From the NCBI GenBank assembly GCA_041946735.1, contig JBHGAY010000009.1:32001-96000 (forward strand): a stretch of 64,000 nucleotides of DNA, written 5' to 3'. The notes beneath the pieces are model-generated. The model saw nothing but the letters and a program-made list of their open reading frames with translations, searched no databases and was not told where the DNA came from. The translations under genes were made by a program, and so were the position numbers. The stretch comes from Candidatus Eiseniibacteriota bacterium (GTDB lineage Bacteria; Eisenbacteria; RBG-16-71-46; CAIMUX01; VGJL01). Positions 9,645 through 18,506 of this stretch are shown here, piece by piece (position 1 is the first letter of the stretch; every line of letters starts with the position of its first letter).

Positions 9645-10883
9645 TCACCGCTTGTGGCACTGGATGCAGAGGTCTCCGTCCGGATTGCGCGGAAGGTACT
9701 TCTCGAAGCGCGCGCCGTGCATCTGATGGCAGCTCAGGCAGGTCACGGACTCGCCCGACCTGGGATCGATGACCTCGGGACCGACCGGGTGCGAGGCCTT
9801 GTGCGCGCTCTCGTGGCATCGCACGCACAGATCGATTTGGCGGGTGGAGAGAAGGAGAGGATCGTCCGACCCATGCGGCGTGTGGCAGTTCGTGCAGTCC
9901 ATCCCCTGATGCGTCAGGTACTTCTGCTTGTCTCCGCCGCTCTCGTTGAAGTGGCACCGCATGCAGAGATCCTTCTGTTCCCCGGCGAGCAGCTTGGTCG
10001 CGTTCGAGGCATGCGGGTTGTGACAGGCCACGCACGACTCCTCGGTGTCCAGGTTGTGCCGGTGCGCGAGCGCGAGCGACTTCTCGATCGACCGGTGACA
10101 ACCGGTGCAGGTCTTCTGCACGGACGCCTTCATCGCGAAGGCGGACGCTCCGTCGGTCGCGGCGTGGCAGCTTCCGCAGGAGCCTGCGGCGAACGGCGCG
10201 TGCTGGTTCGCCCTCAGGAGCTTCCGTGAGGCGGAGGCGTGCGGATCGTGGCAGGCCGCGCAGTCCGACGCTCCGATCGCGTATCCCTTGTGCGCGGCCT
10301 GGAAAGAGGTGTTCTGCGGATGGCACCGCGAGCAGAGGCCCGCGACGTCCTCCACGAGGAGCTTTCCTGCGCTCGATCCGTGCGGCTCGTGGCAGATCGA
10401 GCAATTCCCCGACTTCAGCGGAGCGTGGACGACCGGCGAGGCGAGCCATTGCGCGACCGGGGCGTGGCAGCTTCCGCAAAGCGACTTGGGCTCGGCGACG
10501 AGCTGGTTCGGAAGGGCGGAGGCGTGAGGGGAGTGGCAACCGTCGCACTCTCCCGCCGCCGCCGGCACGTGCACGCTCGCCTTCTTCGTCTCTTCCGCGA
10601 CGGCCGGATGGCAGGAAAGGCAGAGCGGTCCCGTTTCCTCCTGAAGAAGCGCCGCGTGTCGCGATGCATGCGGATTGTGGCACTGGGAGCACTTGCCGCT
10701 CCGGAACGCGGTGTGCAGGTGCGCGGCCTTCGTCTGCTCCCGCACGTCGGCATGGCACTCGTAGCAGACGGCCGGCTCGTCCACGGGCGGGATCTCGGCC
10801 GACACTCTCGCCGCGCTCCAACCGAGAAGCGCGAAGAGAAGCGTGGCGAGGCCGGTGATTCCGGAAGGGAATCGACTCCTCAC
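9645..10883 (-). CDS. Periplasmic 16-heme c-type cytochrome (repeated H-P..CxxCHxPH..LCxxCH modules)
   Basis: 16 CxxCH motifs counted and a signal peptide. GTG 10883 overlaps the TGA of the upstream gene (GTGA coupling). Confidence 0.93.
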   Translation of the reverse strand: MRSRFPSGITGLATLLFALLGWSAARVSAEIPPVDEPAVCYECHADVREQTKAAHLHTAFRSGKCSQCHNPHASRHAALLQEETGPLCLSCHPAVAEETKKASVHVPAAAGECDGCHSPHASALPNQLVAEPKSLCGSCHAPVAQWLASPVVHAPLKSGNCSICHEPHGSSAGKLLVEDVAGLCSRCHPQNTSFQAAHKGYAIGASDCAACHDPHASASRKLLRANQHAPFAAGSCGSCHAATDGASAFAMKASVQKTCTGCHRSIEKSLALAHRHNLDTEESCVACHNPHASNATKLLAGEQKDLCMRCHFNESGGDKQKYLTHQGMDCTNCHTPHGSDDPLLLSTRQIDLCVRCHESAHKASHPVGPEVIDPRSGESVTCLSCHQMHGARFEKYLPRNPDGDLCIQCHKR

Positions 10884-12880
10884 GGCTTGCCCCCCTCCTT
10901 CCCGGCCGGTTCGCGATGGCAGACTTCGCACGCATTGCTGTCGAACGGCTGATGGCGCAGCTTGGCGATCAATCCTTCCCCATCGGATCCATGCGGGTCA
11001 TGGCACTTCGCGCAGTCCAGATCCGTCCCCGCCTCCCCGAGATGCGCGGCGCGGAACTCGGTCGCCTCCCCGTCGTGGCAGGCGAGACAGGTGGCCGGCA
11101 TGGCGCTCGTGAGAAGCGACGGGTGCTCGCTCTCGTGCGCCTGATGACACGACAAGCACTGTCCTTCCGCGGCCGGCGGGTGCTTTCCCGATTCGGCCAG
11201 CGTCTCCTGCACCTCCTTGTGGCAGTCGAGGCAGAGCGCCCCGGGCTCCTCCGGAAGCAGCTTCGCGATCTTCCCTCCATGGGGAAGATGGCAGCTCGTG
11301 CAGTCCCCTTCGCGGACCGGCTGGTGTCCGGAGGGGGCCGCCGCCGCCTCTCCCCGGACATCGCCGTGGCAGCCGCCGCAAGTCTCTGCGACCGGAGCCG
11401 CCATCAGATGCGCCTGCTCCGACGCGTGAGCAACGTGGCAGGTCTCGCACGCGCGCTCCTCGAACGGAGGATGGTGGACGGTCCGCTCCTGATCCTCGAG
11501 GAGCGACGCATGACAGCCGGTCGAGCAGAGCTCCGCCGGATCCACCTTCAGCAGATGCTCGTTCGCGGAGGCGTGAGCGGCGTGGCAGTCGTTGCAGTCG
11601 CCGGTCTTGACCGGCATGTGGATGCTCGTCTCCGCGCTCCATGCGGCCGTCTGCTCGTGACAGTCGCCGCACAGGTCGGAGCGGTTCTTCGCGGTCAAGG
11701 CAGGATAGTCGGACCCGTGCGGGCGGTGGCAGTCGAGACAGCTGCCTCCTTCGAACGGGGCATGGACGAACGTGGCCTCCGGGCCGCGAAGGTCCGAATG
11801 GCAGCGAAGACAGAGGTCGTTCGCCGGGACGGCGATCAGTCTTGCCTCCGTCCGGCCATGCGCCTGGTGGCAGAGCGTGCAGTCCTTCGAGGCCGGCTCG
11901 TGGCGCGAGGCTTTCGCGATCTCCTGCGCCACCTCTCCGTGGCAGCTGGTGCAGAGCGACGCAGCCGGCTTCACGAGGAGCGCCGGCTGCGTCGAGCCGT
12001 GAGGACGGTGGCAGTCGGTGCACATCCCAGCCGCGACCGGCTGGTGGACTCCCTCGCCCGGCGCCTCGTGGCAGCCGGTGCAGAGTTCGTTCGCGTCGGC
12101 GGCGTTCAAGGCGAACGGCTCCGCGTCGTCGGGCGGATGGTGGCACGCCTCGCACGATCCGTCGGCGACCGGAGCGTGGAAGGATACGGCGAGCAGCTTC
12201 GGACTGGCCGAGGAATGCGGCGCATGGCACTCCCCGCAGTCCTTCGAGGAGAGGTCATAGCCGGCGTGGGCACTGGCGAACTGCGGCTTGCCCGTCTCGT
12301 GGCAGTCGGCGCAGAGCGCGGTCTGCTCCTTCTTCAGTAGATGCTCGGCGTCGGAGCCGTGCATCTCGTGGCAGGCGGCGCAACCGTCCTTGAGGGGTGC
12401 GTGGCGATGCTCTCGTTCGAATCCGGCTCGATCATGGCACGAGAAGCATGCCTCCCCGCCGGCGGCTCGCATCAGGCCCCGGGCGTCGCTCGCATGGGGA
12501 TCGTGGCAGGCGGTGCACTTCCCTTGAGCGGCCGGAGCGTGCGTGTTCGCGCGGTCCAAGCCGAGCGCGGCGCGGTCGTGGCAGGTATAGCAGAGGGCCG
12601 CTCCGTCCTCCTTGAGGCGCAGCGCGCCGACGAGGCCGTGCGGCTTGTGGCAGGAGAGGCATTCCTTCGCCGCGAACGGGGCATGCTGCACTGACCCGGG
12701 AAACTGTGAGACGGGATGGCACTTCAGGCAGGACTCGTCCTTGCCCGAGAAGCGCCGGCCTCGCTTGACCTGGCCGGCAGCGGGATCCGCGGCGACGGCA
12801 GCGAGGCCGAGCGCGAGCAACGCGCAGGCGATTCCTGTCCAGGAAACGGAGCAAGTCATCCGCGCCGGGACTCCCCTCAT
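10880..12880 (-). CDS. Periplasmic 26-heme c-type cytochrome
   Basis: 25 CxxCH plus one CX3CH (CSTGCH), in the same double-heme repeat. Signal peptide after ATG 12880. Confidence 0.93.
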   Translation of the reverse strand: MRGVPARMTCSVSWTGIACALLALGLAAVAADPAAGQVKRGRRFSGKDESCLKCHPVSQFPGSVQHAPFAAKECLSCHKPHGLVGALRLKEDGAALCYTCHDRAALGLDRANTHAPAAQGKCTACHDPHASDARGLMRAAGGEACFSCHDRAGFEREHRHAPLKDGCAACHEMHGSDAEHLLKKEQTALCADCHETGKPQFASAHAGYDLSSKDCGECHAPHSSASPKLLAVSFHAPVADGSCEACHHPPDDAEPFALNAADANELCTGCHEAPGEGVHQPVAAGMCTDCHRPHGSTQPALLVKPAASLCTSCHGEVAQEIAKASRHEPASKDCTLCHQAHGRTEARLIAVPANDLCLRCHSDLRGPEATFVHAPFEGGSCLDCHRPHGSDYPALTAKNRSDLCGDCHEQTAAWSAETSIHMPVKTGDCNDCHAAHASANEHLLKVDPAELCSTGCHASLLEDQERTVHHPPFEERACETCHVAHASEQAHLMAAPVAETCGGCHGDVRGEAAAAPSGHQPVREGDCTSCHLPHGGKIAKLLPEEPGALCLDCHKEVQETLAESGKHPPAAEGQCLSCHQAHESEHPSLLTSAMPATCLACHDGEATEFRAAHLGEAGTDLDCAKCHDPHGSDGEGLIAKLRHQPFDSNACEVCHREPAGKEGGKP

Positions 12881-12938
12881 CCCCCCATCCTCTCCATCGG
12901 CCAACTGCCCCCTTGCCCCCTCGATCCCGTCCCGCGAC

Positions 12939-14636
12939 CTACGAGCCGGAGCCAAAGTACTCGTCGATCGCCTTCTCGTCCCGCACGATCCTCGAAGCCG
13001 CCTTCAACGCTTCGAGCTGCCGGTCCAGGATCTCGTTGAACTTCTGCTGGAACATCACCCGGCGGATTTCGCCGTCGGCCTCCTCGATCGTTCGAAGCGG
13101 CCCGGGTCGGCGATCCTTCATCTTCACGAGAAGCCAGCCCGTCTCGACCGCGAACGGGCCGCCGATGCCGCCGATCGAGATCGTCTTGAGCTGCTCGGCC
13201 ATGGGCGGCGGCAGCGTCCCAAGGCCGATCCATCCCCGGTCTCCGATCGGATCCCCGGCCGCGGCTTCCGCCTTCTGCTTGAGAAACGCGAAGTCCGCGC
13301 CTCTGTTCAGCCGCTCGAGCGTCGCCTCCGCCTCCTCCTGCGTCGGCAGGAGAATGGTGAGAAGTTGGATGTCGTCGGGTCCCCGGAACTCCTCCTGGTG
13401 GCTCTCGTAGTAGTCGCGAAACTCTTCGTGCCGAAACGTGATCTTCGGGACGACCATCTCCTTCAGATAGAGATCGATCAGCACCTCGGCCCGCTTCTGC
13501 TCCACCTTCCTCCGGACCTCCGGATCGTCCAGGAAGCCGCCGTCCCGAGCCGAGCAGTAGAGCACGAGATCCTCGATCTTCGTGTCGATGCCGCGCTGGA
13601 GAAGGGTGTCGAACGGCGCCGTCGCCTCGGTCATCGCGCCGTGGGAGACGGCCCGGCGAAGCGCCCCCTCCGTCACCGTGTCGCAGCCGGCCACCGTCAG
13701 CGCCGCCCGCGTCGATTCGCGAAGGAACGTCCCGGTGAGAACGGCGTCCGAGTCCGCCTCGAGAGCCGCGATCGCCTCGGGATCGATCTGCACCGGGATC
13801 GCCTGCTTCCGCGCGCCGACGAAATCCCGCCAGGCCTTCTCCTTCGCCGCGCTCTGGAGGAAGCCGATCACCTTCGCGCGAACCTTTCGGTAGTCGCTCG
13901 TGTCCGGCTCGTCCCGTGACTCCATCCGGACGAGGCTGAAGAGGCTGCCATACGCGAACGGCCGGGAGATCTCCCCCGCCTTCAGGTCGATCGCCGCCGC
14001 ACGGACGGGGATCTCGACGTCGATCCAGGGTCCGAGGTGATGGAGGCCACCCCTCGCGGACCAGGAGTCGCGGGAGCGCTGGCGCGCGAGGCTGTCCATC
14101 GAGGCGCCGGCGCGAATCGCGGACAGCACCTCCTCCGCCTCCTCCATCGATGCGACGGAGATCTGGCGTATCTGCAGCTTCCAGTAGTACTCCCGGAAGT
14201 GGGCCAGCGCCTGCTCCTCGGCAACGGGGGGAGGCGGGACATACGCCGAAGCGACGTACCGCCGGATCGCCTGTTGTCGCCGCTCCTCCGCGATCGCCGC
14301 CTGCGCTTCGGGCTCCTCGTCCAGACCGATCGATTCGGCTTCACGGACGAGCAGCCGGTCGTGGATCAGCTTCGTGAGCAGCTTGCGGTAGTCGAACGAT
14401 TCCTTGCGATCGCGACTCATCGTCTGATGAGTCCGGATCAGAAGCTCGTCGAGGTCGCACGCCCGGATCGTGTCTTCGTCGACGATCGCGAGAACGGTCG
14501 CCTCCGCGGCTCCCTTCGGTCCGGAAGATCGAGCCGGCGGGGCGACCGCGATCATAGCCGCCAGGCCGATGCCCGCGAGGAGGACGAGAGGGGGCACGAG
14601 CGCGCGCGCGCCGCTCGGTTCATCGCCTCGACGCAT
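12939..14636 (-). CDS. SurA/PrsA-like foldase with two parvulin (PpiC) domains
   Basis: Signal peptide. First domain: IRQISV..EEAEEVL..GASMDSLARQRSRD..GG..GEISRPF. Second domain: LLTILL..EEAEATLERLNRGADFAFL..GDRGWI..GPFAVETGWLLVK. Confidence 0.85.
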   Translation of the reverse strand: MRRGDEPSGARALVPPLVLLAGIGLAAMIAVAPPARSSGPKGAAEATVLAIVDEDTIRACDLDELLIRTHQTMSRDRKESFDYRKLLTKLIHDRLLVREAESIGLDEEPEAQAAIAEERRQQAIRRYVASAYVPPPPVAEEQALAHFREYYWKLQIRQISVASMEEAEEVLSAIRAGASMDSLARQRSRDSWSARGGLHHLGPWIDVEIPVRAAAIDLKAGEISRPFAYGSLFSLVRMESRDEPDTSDYRKVRAKVIGFLQSAAKEKAWRDFVGARKQAIPVQIDPEAIAALEADSDAVLTGTFLRESTRAALTVAGCDTVTEGALRRAVSHGAMTEATAPFDTLLQRGIDTKIEDLVLYCSARDGGFLDDPEVRRKVEQKRAEVLIDLYLKEMVVPKITFRHEEFRDYYESHQEEFRGPDDIQLLTILLPTQEEAEATLERLNRGADFAFLKQKAEAAAGDPIGDRGWIGLGTLPPPMAEQLKTISIGGIGGPFAVETGWLLVKMKDRRPGPLRTIEEADGEIRRVMFQQKFNEILDRQLEALKAASRIVRDEKAIDEYFGSGS

Positions 14637-15681
14637 GATCCTCCCGCGGCTGTTCTTCGATCTTCGCAACGAGGCGATCGAGGGACTCCTCGACAAGGCG
14701 CCCGAGGCTCGTGGTCCAGCCGAGCGGAAGAAGGCCGGCCCGTCGTTCTCCTCCAGTTTGTTCCTCGATCGCCTGGAACAGATGGCCCGTGCGGGCGTCG
14801 ACCAGGCGAACGCCATAGGCGAGCCGCGGCATCGCCATCTGGGCGTCCCCTTGCGACTCGACGGCCTCGTCGACCTCTCCGGTGATCGCGAGATCGATGG
14901 CCAGATCCTCGCGTAGAGCGCGGAGCGTCTCGAGATCGATCCCTCCGCGCGGCGCGACATGCAGGCGCTCGAAGAGCCGCCGGAGCAAGCCCGGCTCGAC
15001 GATGTCATAGCCATGGGCGAACAGCACGGGGAGCAGAAGATCCGAGACGAGGGGGCCGTCCTGGGGATCCTGCGGGCTTCCATCGAACGGGACGATCGCG
15101 ATCCGTCCCTGCGTGGGCCCCGTTCTCTTGCCGTCCAGGCAGGCGGCGAGACGCGCGATCGCCTCGCGCACGACGTCCCTCGCGAGGAGATCCGGATCGC
15201 GGACCCTCCCGATCTCGAACAGCGAAGCGTGGTCGAGCCCTGAGGAGGCGGCCGAAGCGGCGGCGATCACGCGGAGATCGGACGGCGCGAGCAACCGGAG
15301 GGCGACGGCAATCTCGGGGTTCTCCCCCTCCTGGTAGAGAATCACCGAACCGAGCAGGAGCGCCTCGGCGCCTGTCGCCTCCGCAATCCGCGCGCCGTCC
15401 TCTTGATCGAGCGAGGCCAGCGAGCGGATCCGGTGCTCGCGCAGGACTCCGCGAACCTGCTCGTCGTCGAGGAGCCGCCACCGCTTCGCCGCCTCCTCCC
15501 GCACGATCGGCAACACCTTCTCGGCGCCCGAGCCGTCCGCCGTGCCATCGGCAAGGCCGAGGACAGCGACGGCGAGAACGCCTTCGGGCGCCGTCTCGGG
15601 CATGGCCGTCTGCGCGAAAGCCGCGGTGGAAACCGCGGAGATGGAGGCGACGAGAAGGATGCCGAGCAGGGCCGCACGCAT
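14620..15681 (-). CDS. Exported protein with two tandem CsgG/PelC/GNA1162-like alpha-beta domains
   Basis: Signal peptide (..STAAFA). Two repeats of the AV/IVPF..G...A.GAEALLLGSV...RLVDARTG pattern, which also resembles the neighbouring lipoprotein. Confidence 0.7.
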   Translation of the reverse strand: MRAALLGILLVASISAVSTAAFAQTAMPETAPEGVLAVAVLGLADGTADGSGAEKVLPIVREEAAKRWRLLDDEQVRGVLREHRIRSLASLDQEDGARIAEATGAEALLLGSVILYQEGENPEIAVALRLLAPSDLRVIAAASAASSGLDHASLFEIGRVRDPDLLARDVVREAIARLAACLDGKRTGPTQGRIAIVPFDGSPQDPQDGPLVSDLLLPVLFAHGYDIVEPGLLRRLFERLHVAPRGGIDLETLRALREDLAIDLAITGEVDEAVESQGDAQMAMPRLAYGVRLVDARTGHLFQAIEEQTGGERRAGLLPLGWTTSLGRLVEESLDRLVAKIEEQPREDHASRR

Positions 15682-15683
15682 CG

Positions 15684-16280
15684 TCAATGCACCAGGGTGC
15701 GGATCGTCCGGTCGACGCACCGTCGTGTCACTTCGCTCGCCGAGGCATCGTCCGATCCGAGGAGCGAGCCCCAGAAGCTGCGTCCATCCTCCGTGTGCGT
15801 GGCGGACCAGACCGTCGATCCCCTTTCGACCTCCACGAGCCTGGCCGTCAGAGTGATGACCGGCGTGCTGGAGGCGCCGCTGCGAGCCGTACCCGACTCT
15901 CCCACGCTTCCGAGGAACAGCGCTTGCGTACTGAGCTCTTTCCCTATGTCGACGATCTGCTGCTCGGTAAGCTCCGCCGTCCGCGTCAGCCCGTACTTCT
16001 CGAGGACGCGCGTCACCTCCCCCGGCTCGACCACTTCAAACGCCCCGGTCGCGAGAAGCTCCGAGACGAAATACCGGGTCGTGCGGAACGCGGCTCCCTG
16101 GTCCTGGCTCAGGTTCTCGAACGGAATGACCGCGACCTTCTCGACGTAGTTGAAATCGTAGTCGGGATGGAGAAACACAGTCGGCCTGCTTCCGGCGCAT
16201 CCCGAGCCGATCACGGCGGCCAACAGCGGCAGCAGGACTCCGATCCCGGGGAACGAGCGGACTGGTTTCACGGTTCTCAT
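15684..16280 (-). CDS. Lipoprotein, PelC/GNA1162(DUF799)/CsgG-like
   Basis: Lipobox-like IGSG-C, then KVAVIPFENLS, FEVVEPGEV, ALFLGSV and ARLVEVERGSTVWS. Confidence 0.8.
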   Translation of the reverse strand: MRTVKPVRSFPGIGVLLPLLAAVIGSGCAGSRPTVFLHPDYDFNYVEKVAVIPFENLSQDQGAAFRTTRYFVSELLATGAFEVVEPGEVTRVLEKYGLTRTAELTEQQIVDIGKELSTQALFLGSVGESGTARSGASSTPVITLTARLVEVERGSTVWSATHTEDGRSFWGSLLGSDDASASEVTRRCVDRTIRTLVH

Positions 16281-16287
16281 CCTGTCG

Positions 16288-18423
16288 CTAGAAGGTGGTC
16301 CGGATCCCCTGCTGGAGAGACGTCGTGCTGCTCCCTCCCGCCTCTCGAAAGTCCGAACGGGATCCGGTCAGGTAGAGGCTCGTACGGGAGTTGAGGTCGT
16401 ACTCCAGCGTGGCTCCGTACCTCTCGGTCGCGGTTCCACCCGCGTAGCTGTCCAGCTCCGCCTGGGCGCTCAGGCGCACCTTGCCCGTCAGAAGCCATCC
16501 GAGCGCGTATTCCTGCGTCACCGTGCTGCCATGGTCGTCGCTCACGCTCGCCGCGGCGCGAAGGTCGATCTTTCTCGTGGCGTTCCAGTCGAGATCGAGG
16601 CGTCCCTGCGTCCGCACACGCACCGTCTCGGTCGGGATCGTCCGGGTATCCTGATGCTGCAACGACGCGCTCATATTGAGCGCAGGATGGAGCGAACCGC
16701 CGAGTGTCGCGCCATAGCTCCAGGTGTCGTGTCGAAGGCGGCCGAGGTAGTCATTGTCCCGAATCTTGCCGCCTTCGAGCCCCAGCCGGAGCTCCGGGAG
16801 CGGAGTCCCCTGAAAGCGGACCAGGACCGAGTTGTTCTCCAGGCTCCGACGCTCGTCCAGGAAGCTCAGGCGCGTTTGCGCGGTCAGATCGAGCTGGATC
16901 GTCGACAGAGGATCGAACTGCAGTGTGTAGGAGCCGAGCCTCTCCGTCACGTCCCCGATCCCCTCCCGCGACTCCTCCAGCCCCTGTTGCCAGCGCGCTG
17001 AATGCTGGAACAGGCGCGACTGGCGTAAGCGGCCGGCGAGCCGATAGTACGCGCTCGTCCGGCTTCCAACAACCGCCTCCCCCGTCTTGTGGCGGTAGCC
17101 GAGGTTGATGGAGGCGTCCGCCGCCTCGGAGAACTTCATCTGTCCGCCGACGTCGGCGATATGGGCCAGCTCCTCCCGCCGGTCCTCGTCCTCGCCGGGG
17201 ATCCCCTGCAGCACCTCGATCTCGGTGACGAGGACGTCCACGATCTCATTCAGGCCTTGCTTGACGACCTTGACATATCGCGTCTCCACCGGGACGAGCA
17301 GTATCTCGTAGCGGTTGAGCCCCGGATTGAAGAGTGGCGCTCGATCCTGAGGGACCAACCGCCAGGTCAGATTGTCGTCCGAGACGTAGGCCGCCCAGCC
17401 CGGCTGCGATCCGGAGGACCGGTCCGTGTAGAGGTACAGCGCGCGAATCTCGCGAGAGAATCCTAGATCCGCACCGGCGTTGGTTCCCTCGACCGCTCCT
17501 CCGATCCGGACCGGCGGCTGGGTCGCCCCTTGCCGGTCCCCGTCTCCGAGACCCGGGAGCGGGTCGAGCGAGCCGAACTCCGGCGTCAGATCTTCGGCGA
17601 AGAGAGGAGTGAAGTCGGGAATGGGATCCAGGATCTCCTCGCCAACGGTCCGCCGATCACGCTGGAAGCGGTCGGAGAACGTGTACGCGGCGTTCACGCG
17701 GAGATGATTGGAGAAGCCCCGAGTGGACGTGTCAAGACGAGCGCGGTGCCCCGTGAGGTCGCTCTGCACGCCGTGGATCACGTTCTCGGTCCTACGCCTG
17801 TCGAACTGATAGGTGACCGACTGCCCTTTCCAGGTATGCCGGATCGAGGCCTGCCCTTCCTTGTCGCGGATGTCCTGGGAGAGGTCGGCGCCACGATCGA
17901 AGATGTGATCCGCATCGAAGCGGAAGGTCAGCCTCGGATACCGGACCGCTCGGGTGGACCCATGGATCGTGAAGTTGTCCGAGATCACGTCGCCGGCCAG
18001 GCTGGACGCATGGGCCGTGCGGCGACGGATGCCCGCGCCGAGCGTCAACGCGCGGCCGCCATAGAGGATCTCGGCGGACGGCTGCACTTCGCGGTTCCAG
18101 AGGTCGGTCGCCTCGGCCTGCCGCTGGTCGGCCTTGGTGTAGAGGATGCCGGCGCGTAGATTCAGGTGCTTCACGAACGTCTTCGACCAGTTGAGCGTGT
18201 AGTGCTGCCGGACATTCCCTTGATCGTCCCCGTCGATCTCCGACTGCACCGCGCTGACGTCGATGGAGCCGCTGAACGCCTGCGGAAGGATCGCTGCGCG
18301 AGCGGAGGGAAACGAGAGGAGAAGCAGACTCAGGGCCGCACCCGTCCACCGCCCCGCACTCCCGATTCCGAGCACTCGAGTCACTCCGATCGTTCTCCCC
18401 CTCGGCCGCGAGGACGCCCGCAC
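16288..18423 (-). CDS. Large outer-membrane beta-barrel protein with an inserted soluble domain
   Basis: Signal peptide, many alternating amphipathic beta-strands, and C-terminal Phe (QQGIRTTF). The start could instead be GTG 18384. Confidence 0.8.
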   Translation of the reverse strand: MRASSRPRGRTIGVTRVLGIGSAGRWTGAALSLLLLSFPSARAAILPQAFSGSIDVSAVQSEIDGDDQGNVRQHYTLNWSKTFVKHLNLRAGILYTKADQRQAEATDLWNREVQPSAEILYGGRALTLGAGIRRRTAHASSLAGDVISDNFTIHGSTRAVRYPRLTFRFDADHIFDRGADLSQDIRDKEGQASIRHTWKGQSVTYQFDRRRTENVIHGVQSDLTGHRARLDTSTRGFSNHLRVNAAYTFSDRFQRDRRTVGEEILDPIPDFTPLFAEDLTPEFGSLDPLPGLGDGDRQGATQPPVRIGGAVEGTNAGADLGFSREIRALYLYTDRSSGSQPGWAAYVSDDNLTWRLVPQDRAPLFNPGLNRYEILLVPVETRYVKVVKQGLNEIVDVLVTEIEVLQGIPGEDEDRREELAHIADVGGQMKFSEAADASINLGYRHKTGEAVVGSRTSAYYRLAGRLRQSRLFQHSARWQQGLEESREGIGDVTERLGSYTLQFDPLSTIQLDLTAQTRLSFLDERRSLENNSVLVRFQGTPLPELRLGLEGGKIRDNDYLGRLRHDTWSYGATLGGSLHPALNMSASLQHQDTRTIPTETVRVRTQGRLDLDWNATRKIDLRAAASVSDDHGSTVTQEYALGWLLTGKVRLSAQAELDSYAGGTATERYGATLEYDLNSRTSLYLTGSRSDFREAGGSSTTSLQQGIRTTF

Positions 18424-18506
18424 CCTGCGGCGCGGGCGTCCCCTTCTCGTGCTTCTCTTCTACTGCTTCTCTTCCGGCCGGTAGATGTCCCGGCCGCGCG
18501 GCTCAC

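Noticed and set aside
9645..12880. Regularly spaced GTGGCA/TGGCAG repeats suggesting an array
   Set aside because: They are the Cys-His codons of the CxxCH motifs, not CRISPR or DNA repeats
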